Positions 32,420-39,742 of a stretch of 64,000 bases of DNA are shown here, in pieces; the stretch's first letter is position 1; each line of letters starts with the position of its first letter. Source of the DNA: Candidatus Omnitrophota bacterium (GTDB taxonomy: Bacteria; Omnitrophota; Gorgyraeia; Zapsychrales; Fredricksoniimonadaceae); contig CAIVRE010000029.1 in NCBI GenBank assembly GCA_903908245.1, positions 14,266 to 78,265 of the forward strand, in the 5' to 3' direction. The position numbers were made by a program, and so were the translations under genes. The notes under the pieces were generated by a model. That model was not told the DNA's origin. It was given only the letters and a program-made list of their open reading frames with translations, and did no database searches.

Positions 32420-34509
32420 TTTAAAAATTTCTTGATCTCACCGTACACCTCACGGGCATTTATATCTTTCATACAGGCATGCGTCCCCGGTTTGCATTTT
32501 GTACTGTAACAGGCAGAACATTCCAGAACTTTGCGGATGACCGTCAAATGATCCGCCGGAGGGATATGCCTCCGGGGATCCGTCGGGCCGAACAACGCCA
32601 CCACAGGAGTTTTCATGGCGGCCGCGATATGTAACGGAGCGGAATCACTGGTCACATACACATCACAAAGCCCGATCAACGCTGAAAGTTGAAGGATCGT
32701 GGTCTTTCCTACTACCAGGCTCGGCCGGGATTTCGCGCGGGCCGCTATTTCTTTGGCAAAAGCCTTATCCTTTTCCATTCCGGTAATGAGCACCCGGATA
32801 TTATCCGCCGCCAAAAGGTCGCACAATTCGGCAATAGACTTCATCGGCCAGTTCTTGGTCGCCCAGCGCTCAGAAGCCGAAATGTTTATCCCGACGACAT
32901 TATGATGCTCCTCGTCGATCCACTCACCCTGCAAGAGTTCACGGGCATACGCCACATCATCCGGCCGCGGCCAAAGCTCAAGCCGGATCTTGTCATTAAA
33001 ACGGACACCGATCTCTTTGAGAACATTGAACTGATGCTGTACCGGCGGCATTTGAGGAAGGTCATCAGGGATGCCATGAGAAAGCAGCCTTCCGAATTTC
33101 TTGTTGTTATAGCCATAACTGGCCTGGGGCATGCACAGATACGCCACCAAATGGGTACGGATATTGTTCTGAAGATCGATCACCTTGTCAAACCGGTACT
33201 TGCGCAGGCGGATGATCAAATTCCAGAAACCCAACAGCCCCTTGTCTTTTTCATGATGATCGTAAACAATAACATCATCGATATAAGGGCAATTATGTAA
33301 AATAACCGCACTTTCCCTGGCCGTAAGGCAACAGATCCTGGCCCGGGGAAAAGAGTCCCTTAATGCCTTAAAAGACGCCGTAGCCAGGATCACATCTCCG
33401 ACAGCACCTAATTTGATCACCAGGATATTCAGGGAATGTTTAAGTTCATCATAAACAGCGAGGGTCTTTTGTGCCATTTGGTCAAGCGTATACTTTTCTT
33501 CAACACGCCGGCGGGCCTCCACACACATGGCGTCGCCTAACTTGCGGTCATTGATCAGCCTCAACACTGCCGCCGCAATGCCATCGGGATCCTTGGGCAA
33601 GACCAGGAGGCCTGTCTTTTCATGCTCAACGATATCGATCACACCGCCGACCTTGGCCGCGATCACCGGAACTCCCACGGCCTGTGCCTCGATAATAACC
33701 CTGCCAAAAGCCTCCGGAGTAACTGTCGATAACACCAGAACGTCGCTCTCCGCCAGGAGTTGCGGGATATCACTTCGGTTCCCCAGGAACTCCACTTTTT
33801 CCTGGATACCAAGGCGCTTGGTAAGCAGCAGAAGGCTTTCTTTATATGCCTGTTTGTCCACCGGGGCGTCCCCGACGATCCTGGCGCGCACATACGGGAG
33901 TTGACGCATTACCTTTGCCATCGCCTGAAGAAAATAGGCATGCCCTTTCAAAGGGGTGATCCTCCCGATGATCGTGACCGTGAACGAGGACTGCCCGGGC
34001 TGGCGTTCACGAAATTTGAATTTGTCCAGATCGACACTGCGATGAATGAGACGGATATTCTCCGGCTGTACGCCAAAATGCTCGATCATATGACGGCCGA
34101 TGATCTCACTGATAACGATCACCAGCTTGCCCCAGCCCATAACATGACTGAATATGTTCTGGGAATAATAGCCATGACAGGTGGTCAGGAAATCAACCCC
34201 TGTCCTGCGGCAGGCAAAATAGGCGATCAAGGCCGGAACGCGCGACCGGGCATGGACGATATCCACTTTTTCGTCGCGGATGATCTTTTCCAACGCACCA
34301 ACGCACTCCAATATCGTCCACCAATTCTTGCGATGGACCGGTAAAGAATAATGCCGGGCCCCCTGAGCTTCCAGCAGCGGGACCAAAGTCCCTCCGTTGG
34401 AGACAACGATCGACTGATGCCCGTGCGCGGCAATATATTTTGACAGGTCAAGCGTGCCCCGCTCAACCCCCCCCACGTTCATTTCAGGCAGTATCTGCAG
34501 TATTTTCAT
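32416..34509 (-). CDS. Fused glycosyltransferase: N-terminal GT4 plus C-terminal GT9 heptosyltransferase-like domain
   Basis: GT4 'GGVERG...HARSR...EAFGRVIIEA'; GT9 from ~33432 'ILVIKLGAVGD...KNWP...DSAPLHIAAA...LFGPTDP'. Confidence 0.9.
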   Translation of the reverse strand: MKILQILPEMNVGGVERGTLDLSKYIAAHGHQSIVVSNGGTLVPLLEAQGARHYSLPVHRKNWWTILECVGALEKIIRDEKVDIVHARSRVPALIAYFACRRTGVDFLTTCHGYYSQNIFSHVMGWGKLVIVISEIIGRHMIEHFGVQPENIRLIHRSVDLDKFKFRERQPGQSSFTVTIIGRITPLKGHAYFLQAMAKVMRQLPYVRARIVGDAPVDKQAYKESLLLLTKRLGIQEKVEFLGNRSDIPQLLAESDVLVLSTVTPEAFGRVIIEAQAVGVPVIAAKVGGVIDIVEHEKTGLLVLPKDPDGIAAAVLRLINDRKLGDAMCVEARRRVEEKYTLDQMAQKTLAVYDELKHSLNILVIKLGAVGDVILATASFKALRDSFPRARICCLTARESAVILHNCPYIDDVIVYDHHEKDKGLLGFWNLIIRLRKYRFDKVIDLQNNIRTHLVAYLCMPQASYGYNNKKFGRLLSHGIPDDLPQMPPVQHQFNVLKEIGVRFNDKIRLELWPRPDDVAYARELLQGEWIDEEHHNVVGINISASERWATKNWPMKSIAELCDLLAADNIRVLITGMEKDKAFAKEIAARAKSRPSLVVGKTTILQLSALIGLCDVYVTSDSAPLHIAAAMKTPVVALFGPTDPRRHIPPADHLTVIRKVLECSACYSTKCKPGTHACMKDINAREVYGEIKKFLK

Positions 34510-36476
34510 TGAACGATCTTTCTGACGGCGTCTAATAGCGCGGCGTTATCATCAATAGGGATTGTCATGGCTTTATCTCTCAGAAGCCGGTCGACGGCAT
34601 CCGCGACCTGCGTGGTCCGCGCATATACAACATGACCGCCGGCGCTCAACATCTCCGCGAACTGCGAATACTTGTTGACCAGCGGTTTACGGTCTGGCCC
34701 GTCGATAGGGAAAACAATGACCTTTTTCCCCGAAACAGCCGCTTCCGAAAGCATCGAGATGCTCTCGCCGGAAACAATAACAATATCCGACAGGCCAAGG
34801 ATCCCTCCGACCGCCTCAGGCACATTGTTCCTGGACGCAAGGATAAGAAGTGCCGAACGCGAAAAACCGCTAAATTCACGCGATACCAGCGCCTCGACCG
34901 CCGGGCTTGTCCGGCGGGACGTCGTTACAAGGATATCCGCGCTGAATTTCTCGGCGGCTTCCTTAAGCTGATGAATGACCACGCGCACCTGCTGCTCTCC
35001 CAGAACAAGCCCTTTCGTGTCCCCTCCGATCAGCAGGCCGATCTTCGGCCGGCCATGCAGCTTAAGATGGGAAAAACGGACGGTCAGGCCTCTGACATTT
35101 TCATCGAGATAGGCCTTATCCACCAGATTCGGCGCAACTTTTGTAATTAGAGTATTGGCTGTCACCGCCCCTTTGACATCATGCTGCGGCACCACGACCA
35201 GGTTAAATTGCCTTGCAGAAGGCCCCCCAGGTCGCAGGACACAAATACTCCGCGCCCCGTTATCGGCCGAAAACCACACATTGACCCAGGAATTCCTGGC
35301 CCCGCAGGAAATAACCACATCCGGTTTTACGGATAAAAGGAACGCATAACTTTCCTCTGTCAGAAACGGCTTCAGGGCTGAAAGGCCGAGACCGGCGAAC
35401 AACGGACGAAAGAATGAAAAAACCCTGAAAAGCATTGCCGCCGCTCTGCCGCGCCATTCGATCTTGACCGTTTGAACATTTCCCTTGAACTCCTTTGCCG
35501 TAAACGCGCAGGAAACCTGACGGGCCAGCGCTTGTGACTGGCGTAAATGGCCAGTGCGTCCGTCGTCCAGAATAACGATATCCCTGTCTTTGGAATACTT
35601 CCAGGTCTTATAGAACCATAAATACTCGGCCGGATGCTCTTGTGTCCACCTCTCGAACTGCCCGACGGCCCGGATCATATTGCGGCGCACATCCGGATCA
35701 ACCTCCCCCGTGCGTGTCAGGTCGAAGGGAAGGACTTTCAGGCAATGCGCCTGTCCGCGGACACGGCTGATATCCACCAGGCATACCGGGACATCATATT
35801 TGAGCGCGATCCTTATTGCTCCCGTCGACATTGAAGCCTCACGGCCGAAGAACGGGATCATCATTCCATCGTTACCGCCCTGATCGGCGACCAACGTCAC
35901 GATCTCATTACGTTTAAGGGCTTTGATGATCTCCCGCCCGCCGATCCCGGGATTAATGATCCGGCAACCAGCGCTCATTCTCCATGAGTCAAGCAGATCC
36001 GCCACCTTATTGACATGATCAAGATAATTGGCGACCATATTGTAAGGATGGCCACACAGACTTCCCGCGATGTTCGACAGCTCCCAGTTGCCGGAATGAA
36101 TGGAAAGGAAAATAAGCCCATGGCCTTTTTTTAAAAGCCTGTCAATGTTCTCCCGCCCCTGGACATCCACGTAACTGTCAAGACCGCGGGACGCGAATAA
36201 TGAAAGCCGCGCCACCTCGACAACATTCTGGCCATAATTACGGTAAATGTCCCAAACGATCCTGTCGATCTTTTCGAAAGATACGGACGCCCCCAACGCG
36301 ATGCGCAAATGCTGATACACCTTCCGGCGGTTCCCCGGATTGAACCAGAAGGCGAGCTCCCCCAGCCGGCGGCCTGTCCAAAGAGCAACGCCTATTGGCA
36401 TAGCCTTCATGACCGCTGAAATGCCCTTAAGAGCGGCGCAGGCGACGGATGATTGAAACGAGTTCAGTCTTGCCAT
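34506..36476 (-). CDS. Lipid A acyltransferase (LpxL/HtrB family) fused to an ELM1/GtrOC1-family putative glycosyltransferase domain
   Basis: N-half 'HSGNWE', 'ADQ', 'HPAEYLWFYKTWK'; C-half 'DGRTGHLRQS', 'VPQHD', 'LIGG', 'TTSRRT', 'ESISMLSEA'. Confidence 0.85.
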   Translation of the reverse strand: MARLNSFQSSVACAALKGISAVMKAMPIGVALWTGRRLGELAFWFNPGNRRKVYQHLRIALGASVSFEKIDRIVWDIYRNYGQNVVEVARLSLFASRGLDSYVDVQGRENIDRLLKKGHGLIFLSIHSGNWELSNIAGSLCGHPYNMVANYLDHVNKVADLLDSWRMSAGCRIINPGIGGREIIKALKRNEIVTLVADQGGNDGMMIPFFGREASMSTGAIRIALKYDVPVCLVDISRVRGQAHCLKVLPFDLTRTGEVDPDVRRNMIRAVGQFERWTQEHPAEYLWFYKTWKYSKDRDIVILDDGRTGHLRQSQALARQVSCAFTAKEFKGNVQTVKIEWRGRAAAMLFRVFSFFRPLFAGLGLSALKPFLTEESYAFLLSVKPDVVISCGARNSWVNVWFSADNGARSICVLRPGGPSARQFNLVVVPQHDVKGAVTANTLITKVAPNLVDKAYLDENVRGLTVRFSHLKLHGRPKIGLLIGGDTKGLVLGEQQVRVVIHQLKEAAEKFSADILVTTSRRTSPAVEALVSREFSGFSRSALLILASRNNVPEAVGGILGLSDIVIVSGESISMLSEAAVSGKKVIVFPIDGPDRKPLVNKYSQFAEMLSAGGHVVYARTTQVADAVDRLLRDKAMTIPIDDNAALLDAVRKIVQ

Positions 36477-37485
36477 AAGTCAATTCGAATTCCACATCGA
36501 TCACAATAAGCCTTATCCCGTTAAAAAGATCACGAAAATCCTTTAATTTCACATAATCCTTATGTGTAATAAAAACATTACCCAGCTTTTTCTCCCTGCA
36601 CTCTCCGACGATATTTTTAACATCCCGCGTGATATAACGATAATGATCTTCAAAAGGAATGAACACCTTAAGATCGATCCCAGCCCCCTTAAGCGTGCGC
36701 TTGAAACTATCCGGATCCCCGATCGCGCAAAATGCCGCGGCCGGCCCCGTGATACGATGCTGCTCTATCGTTCCTTCGCCAAAGACATCCCGTACCGCGC
36801 ATACACGATGCACCCCCTGGAACAATACCGCATCCGAAGCGATCCTCTTAAGCCTGGCTTTAAGAAGATCCAGCTCTTCTGTAGAGACACGGTCGACCCT
36901 CGTCAATACCAGAACTCCGGCACGGCGCAACATTCCCGGACTCTCGCGCAAGATCCCACGGGGGATCAAAAAACCATTACCCAAAGGTTCCCGGCTGTCG
37001 ACCAGGATAATATCAAGGTCACGTTTGAACCGCCATTGCTGAAATCCGTCGTCAAGGATCACGCAATCATAGCCCCCGGCCTTGAATGAAGACTGAAAAC
37101 TTCTGACACGGTCCGCCCCGGTAAAAACCCTTGGGCCAACAAGTTCTTTCAACATTTCCGCTTCATCACTGGCGCCCCCCTGCCCTCCCATAAACCCGCG
37201 GGTCAGGACCATCGGGTTATACCCTTCTTCCATTAAAACTTTGCAAAGCATGGCCACAAAAGGCGTCTTGCCGGTGCCTCCGGCTGTCAAATTCCCGACA
37301 CTGATCACAGGGACCGGCGCCTGAAAAACCTTAAAAATACCGGCCTCATAAAGCCATCGAACAAACATTACGACCGAACCATACGCCAGAGACAAGACCC
37401 ATAAGACCGGCCTAAGACACAAGGCTCCCGTCCCTTTTTCACGGTCCAGGGCAACATTTGTTAAATAACAGACCACCCTGTTCAT
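36427..37485 (-). CDS. lpxK: Tetraacyldisaccharide 4'-kinase
   Basis: 'PVISVGNLTAGGTGKTP', 'SDEA', 'ILDDGFQ', 'PRGILRE', 'FEDH'. Confidence 0.95.
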   Translation of the reverse strand: MNRVVCYLTNVALDREKGTGALCLRPVLWVLSLAYGSVVMFVRWLYEAGIFKVFQAPVPVISVGNLTAGGTGKTPFVAMLCKVLMEEGYNPMVLTRGFMGGQGGASDEAEMLKELVGPRVFTGADRVRSFQSSFKAGGYDCVILDDGFQQWRFKRDLDIILVDSREPLGNGFLIPRGILRESPGMLRRAGVLVLTRVDRVSTEELDLLKARLKRIASDAVLFQGVHRVCAVRDVFGEGTIEQHRITGPAAAFCAIGDPDSFKRTLKGAGIDLKVFIPFEDHYRYITRDVKNIVGECREKKLGNVFITHKDYVKLKDFRDLFNGIRLIVIDVEFELTYGKTELVSIIRRLRRS

Positions 37486-38741
37486 TCACGCACCATTCCG
37501 GCGATCATATCGACCGCCCGTTGAGTTGCGCCTCGATTACGGTAAATGACCATTCTGGCCCGCTCACCAAACTCTGTCCTGAGCATAGGATCCGCCAGCA
37601 ACCGGTGAACGGCCTGCCCGAGCCCCTGAGCATCAACGACCTGGATCACAGCTTTTTCTGCACAAAACGCCTTGCTGATATCCCGAAAATTCTGCATATA
37701 CGGGCCCGTTATCACGGGCTTCCCGAACATCGCCGGTTCAATGATATTATGCCCGCCTTGGGCCGTCAGGCTCTTGCCAACAAAAACAACCGTTGCCAGC
37801 GAATAGAACCACGGCAAATGTCCGATCGTATCGACAACCATGACCTCTCCGCTATTCATCACCCCGTTCCTTTTCGAGAACAAGAACGGTTTCAATCCCG
37901 CTTGACGAACAAGTTCCGCCACAGCCAAAGACCTTTCCGGATGACGTGGCGCCAGAATAAGGCAAAGCCCCGGGAAAAGACCTCTTTCCGCCAGAAAAAC
38001 ATTGATCAGCAACTGCTCCTCGCCGTCATGTGTACTGCCTCCAAGCAACACCATTTGACCCGGCGCACAGCCATATTCTTTCGGGTCCGCGACAACAGCA
38101 TCAGGGACATTATCAAACTTCAAATTGCCAATGACCCGGACATTACGGCTGGCCGCACCTAATGCGATAACACGCCCGGCATCCAGTTCGCTTTGCATAC
38201 CAAAAACAGCCACCCGTTCCAGTGTTTTCTTAAGCAGCCACTTGACCCGGCGATAGCGGGGGAACGCCTGGTCGGAAATACGCCCGTTCAATACCAGGAT
38301 CGGGACCTTATCCACGGATAACCGGGCAAAAAGATTCGGCCAAAGTTCGGTCTCGGCCGCAACATACACCACCGGCCGTATCACACGGACAAAACTGTCA
38401 ACCGTAATGCTCAGATCAAGAGGCGACCATAGGACCGTCGCGATACCATGATATTTCCGCTGTGCAAATGAATAACCGGTCTTTGTCGTCACTGTCAGGA
38501 CGATCCGCCCGGAAGGGAACCTCGCACGCAAGCCAGCAACAACACCATCTATTGCGGCGACTTCCCCGACACTCACCGCATGCAGCCAAAGGTTCTCGCC
38601 CCTGGCCAAAGTCTGCGTAATATCGGGCCGGAAAAAACCAAACCGTTCCAGAAAGCCCTTGTGCCACTTCCCGCGCAACAAAAGTACCGGGAAATACAGG
38701 ATAAAATAAACCGTAAAGATAATATCGAAAAAAACAAACAT
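37482..38741 (-). CDS. waaA: 3-deoxy-D-manno-octulosonic acid transferase
   Basis: 'WLHAVSVGE', 'ETELWPN', 'GNLKFD', 'GSTHDGEE', 'APRHPER', 'GGHNIIEPA'. Confidence 0.96.
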   Translation of the reverse strand: MFVFFDIIFTVYFILYFPVLLLRGKWHKGFLERFGFFRPDITQTLARGENLWLHAVSVGEVAAIDGVVAGLRARFPSGRIVLTVTTKTGYSFAQRKYHGIATVLWSPLDLSITVDSFVRVIRPVVYVAAETELWPNLFARLSVDKVPILVLNGRISDQAFPRYRRVKWLLKKTLERVAVFGMQSELDAGRVIALGAASRNVRVIGNLKFDNVPDAVVADPKEYGCAPGQMVLLGGSTHDGEEQLLINVFLAERGLFPGLCLILAPRHPERSLAVAELVRQAGLKPFLFSKRNGVMNSGEVMVVDTIGHLPWFYSLATVVFVGKSLTAQGGHNIIEPAMFGKPVITGPYMQNFRDISKAFCAEKAVIQVVDAQGLGQAVHRLLADPMLRTEFGERARMVIYRNRGATQRAVDMIAGMVRE

Positions 38742-38747
38742 GGCCGC

Positions 38748-39608
38748 TTATGCCCTCGGGTGCGCCTTGTTATAAACACTCTTCAGCTTTTCAGTCGTCA
38801 AATGAGTATAGATCTGCGTAGTCGACAAATTCACATGCCCCAGGAGCTCCTGGACAGATCGCAGGTCCGCCCCGCGATTAAGCATATGCGTGGCAAAGGA
38901 ATGCCGGAACATATGCGGATGGACCTTCTGCGCAATGGCTGCGTGTGTAATATGTTTATTAATAATATTCCGTACGCTGCGCCCCGTCAGCCTTCCGCCG
39001 GACTTGTTCAAGAACAGCGCTTCACTTTTAAAGGGCCTTGCCTTCAAATATACAGAGATCGCCTCCGCGGCATTGGGCCCGATCGGAACGATCCTCTCTT
39101 TCTTCCCCTTGCCAAAAACCTTGATCATATGACCGGTAAGATCAACATCCTCCCGGCTTAATCCCACAAGCTCGCTGACCCGGATCCCCGCGGAATACAT
39201 GGTCTCAAAAAGCGCCTTGTCCCGCAGGTCGGAACCCTGTTCTTCGGACGGAGACTCCATCAATTTCAATGTGTCGTCTTCCGTCATAAAATGCGGCAGG
39301 ACCTTGTCGAGTTTTGGCGTCACCACCAGCGCCGCGGGATTCTTTAAGATCACCCCTTCCCTCTGAAGGAACCGAAAGAACGACCGAAGCACAGAGATCT
39401 TGCGGGACACACTGCGCGGACGAAGCTCCCTGGCCCGTAATTCCGCCAGAAAACGGCGAAGAGTCGGATACTCCACCTCTGTCACCCGTTCATGCCCCAG
39501 GAAAGCAAAGAATTCTTCAAGGTCAAGCCTGTAATTCAGGACCGTATGCCCGGAATAATTCTTCTCGACTTCCAAATGCTTAAGAAAACTTGCGATGATC
39601 GTATTCAT
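38748..39608 (-). CDS. xerC: Tyrosine recombinase XerC
   Basis: 'GIRVSEL', 'GKGKKERIVP', 'HPHMFRHSFATH', 'VQELLGH', 'TTQIYTH', 'AHPRA'; near topA as in the conserved cluster. Confidence 0.9.
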   Translation of the reverse strand: MNTIIASFLKHLEVEKNYSGHTVLNYRLDLEEFFAFLGHERVTEVEYPTLRRFLAELRARELRPRSVSRKISVLRSFFRFLQREGVILKNPAALVVTPKLDKVLPHFMTEDDTLKLMESPSEEQGSDLRDKALFETMYSAGIRVSELVGLSREDVDLTGHMIKVFGKGKKERIVPIGPNAAEAISVYLKARPFKSEALFLNKSGGRLTGRSVRNIINKHITHAAIAQKVHPHMFRHSFATHMLNRGADLRSVQELLGHVNLSTTQIYTHLTTEKLKSVYNKAHPRA

Positions 39609-39742
39609 AAAAAGATTTATATATTATAGCGAATAATGGCGTTATTGAAGGGAAAAGTCAGGAAATTCTTACCCGGGATAAAATACCGTTCCGGATCCGG
39701 TCACTTACTTCGCAGGAATGATCAAACGAAAATCGCAGGATA

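Noticed and set aside
38748-39608. Integrase of a genomic island carrying the 39743-42040 gene
   Set aside because: It has housekeeping XerC features (size, AHPRA end, topA linkage); no att repeats or tRNA target were seen.
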